A stretch of DNA of 64,000 nt from Sphyrna mokarran (lineage: Eukaryota): contig JAGIQG010000038.1 of the NCBI GenBank assembly GCA_024679065.1, positions 4,960,001 through 5,024,000 of the forward strand. The letters run 5' to 3'. The translations under genes and the position numbers were made by a program. Positions 25,417 through 39,438 of this stretch are shown piece by piece (position 1 is the first letter of the stretch; the number at the start of each line of letters is the position of its first letter). The notes beneath the pieces are model-generated. The model was not told the origin of the DNA. It ran no database searches and was given only the letters and a program-made list of their open reading frames with translations.

Positions 25417-28400
25417 AAGTGCATATAGTTTCAGCAGCATGATTTGAGTAAGGTTTCTGTGGGTCTTAGACACCTGCTGACCAAACAACAAGTTTCTGTA
25501 GTCTCAATCCTGTTTCTATTGGGCCTGGTTCACAAGAATCCAATCGTGAAAGACCTGATGTAGAAGAATCCCTGACTTTGAGCTGTGGCGAAGAGAAGTA
25601 TGTGGACTACCCCAAATCACATTTGCATAAAGCACAGCAGATGCACACATGGAAAATTAAAAGCTCCCAAGTATGCATCTGGTCAACCAGATGGACCTTG
25701 GAACATATTAATGACTGCCTGAATCACACATGAAGGAGGCATCACAGCAAATCCACTCTTCTACTGATGCAATTGTCTGGCTTAACCCATCTGAATGTAA
25801 AATTATAGTTGTTACTATACATGTGCATCAACCATAAGAAGCTACCCTGAATTTAACACTTACTGTCCGTGTCAGACAGACTGATGGATGGTTGGTTGGT
25901 TGGTATGGGGAGGCGTGCCCAAATGGTGCATCTTGTAAAGTTCAGGCTGAGGCACAATATGGGAGTAGTGTGAAGGGAGCTTTGTTCTGCCTCTGCCTGT
26001 GCTATACTTTTCATATGAGTGCATGATGCTGACACTGGGTATGTGAAATAGAAATTGCTGTGTTCTGCATCACTGCCATTGCTTGCGTTGAACACAAAAT
26101 TGTCAATGTAAGTGCTTTCCTATTGAATCTATATTTTCCACTTTTTCCATCTGACTTGTTTCTTATGTTGTGATTGCATTCAATTTTACTTGCCTCTCAT
26201 TGGGTCTTTGCTTTTGGTTTTCATGTTAAATCGTGTTTTTCTGTACTTCACTCTGAAACCTCTCAAATCAGTTTTCTCAATTGCCACCACTAGATTGTTG
26301 TTCCTCTCTCCTGCCTTCAACTGCAGTGGCAGCTGTGCTTAGAGTGAGGGACATAGAGGTGAGGGAACGAGAGAAATAGGTATATAAATAAGGGAGAGAG
26401 TGAGAATGGGTGATACTACAGGTTGGAGAAGGGATTGAGAGTGGGTGAGGGACTGAGGAAGGCAAAAGAGAGAAGGGAAGTTGAGGACCATGACGTGCTT
26501 GTAAGGAACTCCAACATCCATGTTAAAAGAATCTTCCACTGAAAAACTGTCCCGAACTTGCTGCTTCAAGCACCACCCATCAAAGATTGCCTTCTTTAAG
26601 CATGCACAAACATACTCGTCCACTGTCCGGCCCTCTTTATGGAGACTATCTTTCTCCAGTGCACTCTTGCACTTTTTCCCCGTCCAGTGTTTACTCTGCT
26701 CGCACTCATCTTTGCTCAGGCATGTTTGTTCAGATACACATCAAATTTAGGACAATTTTCCATCCGCATACACTTGACAATTTAAGAAATATAAATGTTG
26801 CATCTGCAAATGAGAGATTCCAATTACCCATGATCTATTTTTATAAGAATTTTTTTATATATATATAGTTAAAAAAAACTTGCAATGTGCATTCATTTTT
26901 AACTCAGTTTATTTTACTTTATTACATTCTCCATCACATCATGTAAAAATAGGCACGCAGTTGTAGATTTGCAGATTCTAAAAGTACTATTAACAGTACT
27001 TTATATTAAAAACACAATTTGACATATGCACTGTCAATGTAAATCATTAATTCTCATACTATGTTGTGCATTACTTGAAATAGGAAAACATAAATCTCAA
27101 TGTGAGCAAAATAACAGATCTATGTGCGCATGCCAACAAATTTTGTGGAGGTAAGTACTCATGATGCACAATTGTATGACTGACAACTTTCCCAAGAAGT
27201 AAATGCCAGATTTGCAGATTATTAGCTGAGGACTAGTTCACATTGAAGAACCAGGGGGAGATGAGGATTTTTTTAATGCAGCCAATTTCAAGGCTCTCCT
27301 TGAAAGGATAGTGGAAGCAGATTCAGTAGTAGCTTCCAAAAGGGAATTGAATATATACTTGAAAAAATTGCAAGCCTAAGTGGCTAGTAATTACATAGAG
27401 CCAGCTCCAGTGTGATGGGCCAGATGACCATCACTTCTGTTGTATCATTTTATAAAAATGCAGCCTAACAACTGAACAGGGTTGAAACGTAACATGCCAT
27501 AATCAGCAAACTGCAAACAACTTTTCTTAAAAGAAGGGACTGGTGGAAATTACTGTAAATCTTAGATTGCTGGCTTTTTCAATCATTGATAGAGGGTAGC
27601 AAATGTCATGTACAGTAAATATAAAAATGAGTAATTTCCAAAACACATTTATACAGAAAATTGCCCAACTCTATTTGAAATACAGTATATTGCTGCGTGA
27701 GGCTTAAAGTCCATTTGTGACATGAGCTTTGAGTGTGGTTTTCAGTCCACTGTCTGATCCTGGTGCTTTTGAGAGCAACGTACTTTTTTTGGGGAGGGTA
27801 GGCTGGAGAAAAAAGCCTCTCCCTGCTATTCTGTTTGTTTTGTGTTGATTTCGGACTCGCTTGTCTCCTGCTGATTGCTACCATGTACACCCTTCTTCAT
27901 GTATGTTTGCTGCGCACACCCCCTCCCCACTCCCCACTTGTAGTGCACTCTGATCTGTCTGTCCTTTAATATAATTTTCAATCATGATCTTGTTGCCTTG
28001 CACAAATTCCTGAAATGTGTTGACTTTCTGGTGCATATACCAATGTTGTCAGAACAAGCGATTGATCAGATGAGCAGCAAAATAGAATAGGGAATGTAAG
28101 GACGTTTAAAGAAATAAAGGCAGAGAAATTAAGGAAATTCCAGCTAAATAAAAATGAGGGGATTCATTCAGCTCATTTTAGTTTGTCTGCTGAAATGAAC
28201 ATTTGCATCATGTTAGCCAAACACTTATTTATCTTTATCTCTAATAACCCTATTTGGAAGAGTTGATCTTTTCATGAAAAAGTGCTTTGTGACGCAAGTC
28301 ATTCATTTTCTTTTCAGCAGTTTTAACTTATGCTCTTATGTTTAAGTAATGCTCTCCAGTAGCATTACCTATGATATTTAATATCTTGTATGCTTCTATC

Positions 28401-30012
28401 ATGTCTCTCTCAGCCACCATCTTAAGTTTTTCATTGGTTCATCCAATCTTCCTTAAAGATTGGGTTACAATCAAGAAAGTAGCAATAAATGGTGAAGATA
28501 AGGAGGAATTAGTGAGATGGAAATACTATAACATCCAGTTCCTGTTAATGAGATACAAAACCTTTGTTTTTAAAATGAAACAGAAAGCCAATCATTTCAT
28601 GCTGAGGTTTTTCTTCCCTGGAACCAGTAATTTGGCAGCAACATAACTACTCCATAATTGACCTCCAAGAATTTACAAGCTACTGCATTTCCCTACATAT
28701 TTGTCTGTTTTGCCCAATTTCCCACAGAGTACTCGAGGGTACTGACCGTAAAATGACCAGTCATGTTAGTAACCGCTCTATCTTAGCAGCTAATCACTGA
28801 ACTCTAGACTACTCAAAGCAGTGCCACAGGAGATCATTTAGTAATTTATTTCCAAAGCACTGAATTGCTATGCCTCATGCATTCCCCCGCTAATTCACAT
28901 TTTCTGAAAAATGCTGAATCAATGTAGAAATATACTTTCAAACACAGAAATTGCATTCATAGGTGGGTCGGGGGGCATTATTTAGTTCTTTTGAAATGAC
29001 TTAATTTGGCATGGAACTTGTATGCCATTAAAGATCCCTACAGTTCTCTAACTGGCTGTTACTGTTGGAAAACCTATATAAATTAAATTGGTAGTTGCGG
29101 GCCTGTTAATTTTCCTTGTAGAGGCATGCCCATAATTGGATTATTGAGAGAGCAAATTAATGGACCATGTCTTCTCCCTTACTTTCTAATAACATTCAAC
29201 GTGTTTGAAAAGGTGCAAACGTTCTTGGAAGGACATGACCAAGTTCTTGTTCCCTCCACAATGGAACGTTAACAGTTGGCTTAGATGAAAACAAACAATC
29301 CAGTTGTATTTAAGATTGAGTGAGTTAGCCCATGTTACACCTGGGCAGTGGGTTGGAACAGTACGTTACTTTCTTAGATTATGTATTAATTACATTGATT
29401 TTCTGCAGCCTTCTATTCCTGCTTTAAACTTCAGTTATTTAGAAACTGCATTGTAGTCAGTACTTACTTCACTTTGTGGTATTCCTATTTCATTTCCAAT
29501 TGCATCTCGTTTACTTTTTTTAATTCTTTCCCTGGATGAGCCTTTGCAGAATTGGACTTCAACTGAGATCGATCTACCTTGCTGTTAATTTGACTGTAAA
29601 GGCAAAACCTCTTTCACATACTTTGTTCATTCAGCACATTGGGCAACCATTCAGGGTCTTTATGAGTGCATTCTTAGCTGATGATCTCACTGTAAAAGCC
29701 AGGCTAGAATCCATTTGCACAGTCCATTAACAGGTGTATCTGTGGTTTCAGTCTACTTGTAATCAGTTACACTGACCATCAAGCTAATTCCAGAATCCAA
29801 GCTTTCTGGATAACAGTTGAGGGCCCTGAAATGCTGCAGGTCACTTTGACTTTGGTATGGATCTTGATTGCTTTGTGCTGTGCACAGTGATTGGGCTGTG
29901 TTATTAGGGTAGGGATGGTTGTGGACTTTTAGGTTGGAAAGGGTTAAATGGCTTTTGCTTGCCACTGTTCATTTTTTTCCCTTTTGTTTTTATTGTACTT
30001 TTGGGTTTTTAG

Positions 30013-30060
30013 GTTTCGATCTCAGTCCTTTCCACGCAGACAGCTCCCTCTCTCCCTTTG
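30013..30060 (+). CDS. kmt2d: Candidate 48-nt alternative microexon of KMT2D: GFDLSPFHADSSLSPF
   Basis: Long U-rich tract then ttttag|, donor tttg|gtaagc; 48 nt, phase 1-1, no stop in the gene frame; flanks appear repeat-poor. Confidence 0.68.
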
Positions 30061-33000
30061 GTAAGCAGTCAGACCCTCTCGCCACTCTTTGCGTGTTCAC
30101 GTGTTAACATCAGTAGTTTGTACCTGGGTGCTTGTATGTCTGCTTGCGTTTTCATAGAAGATATTCACATGACATCACCAGTCTATTCAGCAGGTTACTG
30201 GTCAAGTGCTAAGTTTTTTTTTAGCATTTGTGAACATAAAAACCAATGAAGATTTTTTTTACTTTCTTGCCTTTTTAATTTTCTGAAATGTATCTGTAAA
30301 ATGCATGTGAAAATCAGTTTGCATTCACAAAATATCTCAAAGTAACAATTGTGACCATAGATTATCCTGCGTCATATTTTATACTTAATCAAATATTTGT
30401 ATTGTTATGAAGGTGTAGTAGCTAGAATAAAAATATGTTACGGCATGGGCGTTTTCCCAGTGACTATTGGTAGTCTAAGCATGTACAAGTCATGTCACTG
30501 ATTCTTGAACCAAATTCCATCCATGGTGACAAGTGGCAAAATTTGCAAAAGATAAATTTTGTTTGCTCCTCAATATATATTTGTAACCGATTTAGCAACT
30601 TGTTCAAAAGATTTACAGTCTGCTATGTAAAAAGTATTATGTTGGTTCCTGATGTCCACGTTGATAAATGCACCACCGTGTGGTGTGATCCTGAGTCTTA
30701 CAGAATAATGGGCCATAAATTTAATGTCTGGCCCGTGCTTACTAAGCTGACCTCAGGTGGATTGCAGTTGATTCCACGTTATTCTCGCTGTTGATCACCA
30801 GTAGCTCTCAACCCCAGTGGAAAGTTGTACTTGCAGATTTTGAGTGAGGTCGGCATTGGGCTTGGTTGTAATCAGCTCTAATGTTGAATTGTCTACAGAA
30901 CTTTAGTATGAACAATGGCTGTTTGGAATGAATTACTGGAGGGTTGTCAACATCCAAATACTGTAAACCAGCAAATGTGAAGTGCCGTCAACGGAGGAGG
31001 GTGAAAATTGGGTTATAAGAGGTTTTTATAGATCATGTAAGAATGATCAGTATCACTGGTATGGAACAAAGTATATTAATAGGTTTGGGGAGTTGTATCC
31101 CAGCCAAGCCAGGCACGAGGAACTGAATTGGCAACTGTTAATTGAAATTCCCAATAATTAGCAAGTGATTTATTTCTTTCGTTGCGTGCCAATGAGATGG
31201 CATCATGGTTGCAAAAATTAAGATGAAATTGTGTTAATTGTGATTAGTGCAGAGCTTCAGTATAATTTGTGTTGACTGTTGCCCTGTGCATGGTTTCTAT
31301 GCAGTATTGTGGCACGGTGCATATCTTTTGAATTTTTATCATAGGTTCAGTGCAAGTGGGTTTTTTGTTGGATTTCTTTTTCATATTTTCCATCAAAGTA
31401 ACGTGCAAAATCTTTACCAGTTCACGTAAAGATTTCCCAGCATGTGTGAAAATAGCATGCTGAACTGGGGTACTAGTTAGAGTGTGATAAACTGTTGAAA
31501 CTGGCAGATTGTTTGAAGCAGAACTAAAGCATCAAGAAAGAAGTGTGTGCACAAAGAATTAGACTCAATGATCTATTAATTTTCAACCTGTTTTTTAGTA
31601 GGTAAAGGCTCATTTTTAAAAAAAGGTTTGAGGAAAAAGTGAGGTAATCTTTGTTTCGCAATCTAGCAGACTTAAGTTTACCAGGACTTGGGTCTGCTAA
31701 GTTCTGTTGGAGATAGCTTTGTAAAGTGCTTCGCAGAATGTAACTCCAGCCAACCAATGTGGAAATGGCTAGAGACAATTCTGCATTTCTAGCTCAAGAA
31801 GAATGTGTGGCACTCTGAAGGGTTAAATAGGGAAGAAAACATTTGTGATGGATGGGAGGGGGGAAATCCTATTCCAGAGTTGAGCTGTTTATTTTTTGTT
31901 TTTGTTGCTTGGCTTCTTAATATGTGGCTTTAAAAAATTGATTGCTTTCACTCATGCACCTTTCACTGTGTGGACAGGTTATTTCCAGTTGTGGACTTAG
32001 CCAGAGCCACTTATGTAGCACTTCCTCTTTCTCACCACAAGATAAATTTATTGATAAATTATACATTGAGACTAATAATGCTGCTTTTCTGTGTTGTAAC
32101 CAAAAGGCAAGTCTATCTTAAAATTGGCCCCAATTTGTTACTTCCTCAGAAAGTTGGTGAGAATTGTGCTAAACGAAGTTAGCACAATTCCATTCCTGTT
32201 TCAAAAAGTAATGGCTAGTCCTGTATTTAAACTTTTGCGTACAAAACACAACCTTTAAATAATATTACAAGTTCCAGAGGCTAGTAGAACAGCATTGACA
32301 CTTTGCAGGTGTACTCTGCAGAGATTTTAAATTAATTCTGAATATTGACATGCCAGTATTGTAAAACCCACCTTCCTGACAGGCCCTGATCATGGTGAAT
32401 ATGCAGTCACTAGTCTGGTTTAAGTACTGGCAGTTTATTGCCCACTGGTACTCTCCTCTTATGGACTGTACTCTCAAGTGCATTCCCCTTTTTAGTTCAC
32501 TGGCTTATACAAAGTAATCGTTGTGAGGGGTGGAACTTGGTCTTTAAAAGCTAATATTATCACCAAGTAGTCCCTAAATTTAATTCTTACTGAGGGGAGT
32601 ATTGAAAATGTTTAGCTTTGATTCATCACCAGATAGAAAATGGGCAGATCTTTATTTAAACAAAATTCCTTCTTGTAACCTAAATTGCAAATAATGTAAC
32701 TACTAGTAGCCAAAACTCACTAAAATTAAGAAAATAATTATAAATTGAAATCTTGGCTAATTTTAACTTTTTGAGCTGAAGGGGGCCTGGTGTTCTCCAG
32801 TACTTAATCTAAGTGACCTTCATTAATTTTTGAACGTGATCGTGTCAACATTAGCACCAAATTCCATTGGCGTGGAATGTCTTCAGCCTCTGATGTCAAT
32901 TATAACATCTCAATTACGAGGCCATGAATGATTCGTGGGATCTCTGGTGTGCATAGCTGTTACACATTGCCTTTACCAACTGAGCCATTGGGAGAGCTTT

Positions 33001-33578
33001 AGCTCACTCCTTAGAATGACCTTCATGATTATAAACAACTATTATTTGTGAATTGTGTCTCCTTATGGGCTGTAAAAGACAATCAAAAGCAACTGAACCC
33101 ATCAAATATCCATGGTGTGTCTAACCAGAAGCAGTGTTTGTTGCAACATGATGTGGGCATAGTCTGTGTTTTTTCAACCATAAACAAAGGATGTCTCACT
33201 ATTGTGTTGTGTTCCATCTTGCAGTTGAGTAGGAACAAAACTCAGATCTGTGATTGAATTTAATTGATAAGTGGGTTGAATACTGAAATCCATCATTGCT
33301 TGGTTGTGTACGTTAACATTACTTGGTTGGTTTTCAGTGTTCCCACTACCAGTTGTGTTTGACTTTTTAGGTTCGTATTTGTCATTTGATAATTTCCTGC
33401 AAATAGGTAATTTTTAAAAAATTTTTCCTTTGAGAAAGAAAATCATGTAGACTTAGTTTGAACAGGCAACCTGAAAATTGCTTCCCTTGTTCCCTTCTGT
33501 TTTGTGTGATTGAAATCAACTTGTCACAACTGCTGAAAATTTCATTCGGTAACTTATCACAATGCTCCTTTCTTTAAG

Positions 33579-33716
33579 CTGGGATTGACATCTCATCTGT
33601 TACGGATGAGCTTTCAGCTAATCATCCTAATGAGAGCTCAAAGCGAAATCAGCCTTTCGGTGATGTTCCAGTGGAGGGTGCTCTCAGCTCAGATCTTGAC
33701 AAGATTGTAACAGAAG
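33579..33716 (+). CDS. kmt2d: KMT2D coding exon (approx. exon 25): AGIDISSVTDE...ALSSDLDKIVTE
   Basis: tctttaag| ... gaag|gtaggt; 138 nt, phase 1-1; SDLD.I.TE-like motif. Confidence 0.88.
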
Positions 33717-34089
33717 GTAGGTCAAAAAGCATTGTGTGTAAGAAATGATGAAGAGGAAATAGTGAGGATTGCTTCTGGGTTTTTGCTGAAGCTTTGATTC
33801 TTAAGGTTGATTACAGAGGCATGTCTCTTCTATGGTTTGATTTTTGATGTACATTCAGATAAGAGTATAGCTATGCTGTGGTATTCTTTCTGTTACTGTA
33901 TGAAGTAAAATCTTCTCTCAAGTCACCTGTTGCTGCACTTTCAAGGTGATGATTCGTTCAATCATTCATTTCTCAGTAACACTTCAACTCCAAAATTTTA
34001 TTAACTGAATTAATTTTCAACTTGTGTCCCCAGAGCATTAGCCTGGGCCTCTAGTGATGTAGCGCCAACATCACCTTCTCCCTACACGC

Positions 34090-35475
34090 ATTTTATTTAG
34101 CCATCCCTCACTAGATCTAGCTGGACCATATCAGGCAGAATCAGGCCTCGCTCTCCTCTGCCAAAGCCACTCACTCCAGGATCATATTGGTGAGCAAACA
34201 TAATCCCAACTTGTTTTCTCTACTATCAATTGCTTTCTAAAACTGCTTCCCCTTTATCCTTCCTTTCAAGTGCAAAGAGTCTGTGGATTTCTTATCACTT
34301 AAGATTGAGTCCACCCATTCAACTGCCTCCCTCCTTCTCTTTGCCCACTCAACCCTGAACTGATATCTTTAATTTTTCTCATGTCTTCTCCTTGTGTCCT
34401 CTCCAGATGCACACACTCAGATCCACCTTCTGATCCTCAATTCTTTCTACTCAGTCACTTATCACTCAGTTTGCCTTTCTGGCTTGCATGCCACCTGACA
34501 AATGGTTATATTTCTTCATCTTATACTCACCCTTCCCTTCAAAAATAAACCTGCTCTTGATCCTTCTTTGGAAACTACAGTTCCATCTCCAATCTCCCTC
34601 TGCCCTCAAGTTTTTAAGTGTTGTCACTTCCCAAATCTGTGCTATTCTTTTTGCACAATTTCATGCCCTAACTTCCCTTCTTTCCTGTAATAGCACAAAA
34701 AACAGCAGTCAAAGTTACAAATGACATTCTCTGTGACTGTGGTGTATTATCATTTGATATCCTCCTCAACTTTCTTGCTTGTCTGACCTTCAATCTAAGA
34801 TGAGCCATACTTTCTTCCAGTTAAACATTAGGACGACCAAAGCTATTGCCTTCAGCTCTCACCGTAATCTTGTAACCAATTTCATCCCCTTCTCCAGTCA
34901 CTGTCTTTTCCTCAACCAGACTGTGTTTGTAACTTTGTCTTCAGATTCAATGCAAGCTCACCTACCAACAAATAAAAAAACCTGCAGCCTTCTATCTGCA
35001 TTACATCTGTTAGTGTATCTGCTGCTGAATCCCTATATTTTTGAGGGCCCTAGACTGAAATATTTCAGTGTTGACCTGCATTTCCCCAAATCTTCATGTT
35101 CTGTAAACATTAACTCATGGAAAAAAAAACCTCTGCTTTAATCTACTCTATATCAAGTACTTCTTAGCCATCAGATGTTTGCTTGCTGGCCTGCAGTGGT
35201 TCTTGGTCCACCAACGTCTCTCTTGTCTTGGCCTTGTGTTTAAATCTTTTCATGGCCTTGCCCCTCCCTATCTCTTTAACATTGAAAGTGAAACGTGATT
35301 CTCTCATTAAACACTTTTGCCTTTCCACTTCCCTTTTCCACTTAAGGCCCTGCTTAAAGCCACCTCTTTGACTTGTCTTTCCTAGTATTTCCTCCTTGAT
35401 ATAGTGCCCATGTTTGCCTGATGACAGCTCTATGAAATACCTTGAATGTTTTCCTTTTGGTAAAAGCAGTATTTC
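34090..35475 (+). mobile_element. Degraded L2-type LINE; second L2 3' remnant at about 37330-37920
   Basis: C/T-rich composition, MSHTFFQLNIRTTKAIAF (L2 RT C-terminal-like), tail tgtgaaatgccttagagcatcttcttatgttaaatgtgctctttaaatgtaa at about 37861-37912. Confidence 0.6.
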
Positions 35476-35789
35476 TATTGTCACTAAATTTGCCATTGTA
35501 ATTTTTAAGGAATCTTTTGGCCAGTTGTCTCCTCTTCTCCCTCAAAGCTATTGGCATGCTGCGGTATTCCAAATTGGAATTTTCCACCTTTGAGAGGGAA
35601 TTGCAATGTTGCTTTTCCTTGCCAGCTAAAAGCAGATTGTGAATGCCCATGTCATACTTGAACAGCTCATGGATTTTGAAATCCATGAAGAGTTGATGGC
35701 TGAAAAAATACATTCATTTAGGCGTTTAAGAAAACTGCCCATTGTTTCACTCAAAGATAGACAAAGTGCTTTCGAAATGGTGAAAAGCT

Positions 35790-36585
35790 AGAAACAGTAG
35801 AAGTCAAGAAATCTGAGGGTCCAGGAACATGATTAAAATGCCATGATGAGATGCAGAAAATAATCAAACAGGCTAATAGTATGCTATCCTTCGTAACTAT
35901 GCAACTAGAATACAAGTGGATAGAAGTTGCGACAGTTGTACAAATCTTGGTTGGACCACTTTTGTTCTATTCTAGAAAGCCAATTGGTGAAGAATAGAAC
36001 TGGAATCAGCCTTTTCACGCTTCTATACTTAATGATAGACATGCACATTGCAAACATATAGCTCCTCACCCATAAAGCATAGATTTAATTTGTATCTGTT
36101 TTATGTATCTAGTTGATACCCACTAACTACATACAATTAAATGCATTTAGTATTAACACACGCTGGTCTTGGATAGCATGCAGCATAGATTTACCAGAAT
36201 GATACCTGGGCTCCAAGGATTAAATTATGAGGAGATGGTACACAAATTATAATTGCATTCCCTAGAATTTAGAAGGTTAAGGGGTGATTTTATCTAAGTT
36301 TTCAAAATATTATGGGAGACTATTTTTGCTTGTGGGGAGTCTGGGACTAGAATGCATAGTCTGAAATGCAAAGCTAGGCCTTTGGGTGAAATTAAGAAGC
36401 ATGAAGTTTGCAACTCTCTTCTGAAAATAATTGCTGGATCAATTATAAATTTTAATATTGTGTTAAAAATGTGTTATCCAAAGGTATTAAGAGACGTGGA
36501 ACAAAGATGGGTTTGGAGTTAGTTCTCCAATCAGCTGTGATCTGAATGAACATTTGAGCGGGTTAAATTATTATGTTTCTTATGC
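35790..36585 (+). mobile_element. Degraded CR1 3' fragment
   Basis: agatttaccagaatgatacctggg (RFTRMIPG), ctagaatttagaaggttaaggggtgat (LEFRRLRGD). Confidence 0.7.
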
Positions 36586-36650
36586 TTGTGGTATGTTGAT
36601 GGTTAAGAACTTATTTAATTAATTAATCAATAAAATCTTTTTTCATTCAG

Positions 36651-36839
36651 AACTAGCACACATGGAGAGTAAAGATGTACAACAACTCTTCACTGACGTT
36701 CTAGGAACACAGGGAAATCCTCCACTTTCAGAGTCAGCATTGGGTGGCATCAGACCTGCCTCAGAAAGCCACCTTCTCACTTCCCATGGGTTGGGAGAAC
36801 TTATCAGACCTTCAATATGCCAGCGATCTCTCCTTCCTG
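36651..36839 (+). CDS. kmt2d: KMT2D coding exon (approx. exon 26): ELAHMESKDVQQLFTDVLG...RSLLP
   Basis: ttcattcag| ... cctg|gtaaaa; 189 nt, phase 1-1; MESKD.QQLF.DVLG is KMT2D-type. Confidence 0.92.
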
Positions 36840-39438
36840 GTAAAAACAAATATATACTTTTTTAATAATAAAGTCTCATGTCTAGCAAGTTGCATAAGGT
36901 TATTCAAAAAAAAGTACGTGGCTGGAACTTGAATTATTGGATTGGGCTTTGTTGCCCTTTTTGTTCCCCTGTAATATGGCTTGACTTCTAGTTTTTAACC
37001 ATTCTTGTTAATTGTGGCAAGCCCCCACTGATTAGGATGTTCTCTGAACCTTAGCCTGATCCTGCCTTTCCCTGCCAAAAGTGCTTGCAATCTACCTCTC
37101 CTCAAATTGTCTTCACAATTAAAGTTAGCAACTGCAGTGAAAGTGTCCAAACACAGCTATAACCAAATAGAATACTATAGATTGGGAAGGATTTGGGTTG
37201 GGATATTGTGGTTTTGCTGCAGTTGGATGCCTATGGGTGTGCCAAACTGAGGGGGCATTTGGGCATGCTGAGCCTGGTTGCAGAGTTTTACTGTATGGTC
37301 CTTTACCAGCTTGATAGTTCTTCTGCATTCTAAAACACACTTTTCCATGTCTTAACTTACATCAAGTCCCATTCCCCTGTCACCCCTGTGCTTGCTGACT
37401 TGCATTGAATTCTCATTATCATACCCCTCTGTGACCTTGCCCCTTCACATCTCTATAATCCTCTCTTTAACATTGAAAGTGAATTTTGATTCCCTCATTA
37501 AACACTTTTGCCTTTCCACCTCCCTATTCCCTTTAAGGCCTTGTTTAGAACCACATCTTTGACTTGTCTTTCCTAGTACTTCCTCCTTGACATAGTGTCC
37601 ATGTTTGGCTGATGACACCTGTATGAAGTGCCTTGAATGCTTTCCTTTTGGTAAAAAGGTATTTCTATTGTCACTGAACTTGTCCACAACCTTCAGATAT
37701 CTGCTCATCCGATCTGGTCTTTTGAATATTCCTGATTTTAATCACTTTACCCTTAGTGAATGTGTTTTCAGTTATCTTTGGAATTCAGTTAAGCTTTGGA
37801 ATTCCCCCTCTGCACCTCTCCCGTGCGGCTTTGCATCAAATTTGTTTTTTTTAACACTCGTGTGAAATGCCTTAGAGCATCTTCTTATGTTAAATGTGCT
37901 CTTTAAATGTAAAATGCTGTTAATGGACTGTCATGCCTCCTGTTTTGTCTGCATAAGTGCTTTTATATATACCAGAATATGAAAGAAGAGAGTGGGGAAA
38001 TATTGAAATGAGTGAAGGAAAACCTAAAATTAGAGGAAAGAATTTCATAAAAGTGAACTATTAGGAGGGAAAAAAAAAGCGATTCTTTTGGACTTATCAG
38101 TGCCAGTCACTTTAGCTAGTATGGTACAGATGACTCTTACTTTTGTGGACTGATTTCCACAAGGATGAAGTCCGGAGTCTAGTAGAGTTTGGTTATTGTC
38201 AAGGATGGACAAGCAAACTGGAAGCTTAAAATATAAAACAAAAATAGTTTCCTCCTTCTCCTAGCCTTTCTAAGAGGTGCGTTGGCAACACCTTAATGGC
38301 ACTGCCACATATATGTTGCATTCATCTGTACCCCATTGAAAATGACTTCTGCAGCAAGTGAGAAGCAGCACCATTTGGCAACCCTTCCTCCTCTGGAATG
38401 GCATTTTCCCACTGTTGCTTTTCCTTACCCACTATTATGCTACCTCTTAGCTCTGTTCCTAGACTTCAGGATATAATGTGGCCCCCATTTGAGGCACCTA
38501 ATCCCCTTCCGATGCACACACCTTTCAGTTCTCTCCAGGTTGCTCCCCATTCCTAACTATTTCATGGCACTGGTTTCAATCTCTTGACTCCTGCACTACT
38601 GTCCTTTGTGTTGCATAACCATCAGGCTTTACCTTATGTTATTACATTAGGTAACAAAGTCAACAGTCATGTAAAGGAACAAATAAAACATTACAAAATT
38701 ATGTAGATGAACCATATGCGCATAACAATGGCAGATATAATTTTAAAAAGTATGAGATGGTACATTTGGGATGCCAGAATGGAGCATTGGAGTAAGGTCT
38801 AAATGGGGAAGGAAAAAGTAGGCGAACATAACTTATATTACACAAAAAGAAGCTTATGCAAAAAAGAGTTTTGAAAAGACTATTGAGAGAGCAGAGGATA
38901 TATGAGCAAGGAAGTATTGGTGCAGTTACATAGAGCTCCAATTAGACCTTACTGAGAATATTGATTTCTGTATTGGGAGACCCACCTTTGGATGAATGAG
39001 CTGGCTTTGGAAAAGTGGAAATTCACCACAATAAGTAATTATGGGACTGAGCAAACATGGGTTAAATCATTTGGAGATGCAGAGTTTAAGGAATGATCTG
39101 ATTGAAGTGTTTAAAAGAATGGCAAATTAACTGTAAATAAAGGAAATAATTCTTCCTGTTGCTACTAGAATTCTGGAAGAAGTTAGTAGAATTTAAATAA
39201 AACTGGTTAAATCTGTTTCACGCACAGGATGGACTGTGACCTGGAGGGAAATAATCCTCGCTTGCCGTGGGTAACAAATTGCTGCTTCAGGGTTTGTTTA
39301 TAATAGGTTAATTAATGAAAGTAAAATGTTAACAGTTGGTCATGCAATCTGCATTTTAATACAGACACTTATTTTCTGATTGTCTTGTGCACCTTGGTAC
39401 TGAAGTTTGTTTTTGTCTCCTTCCCTTTGGTTCTGTAG

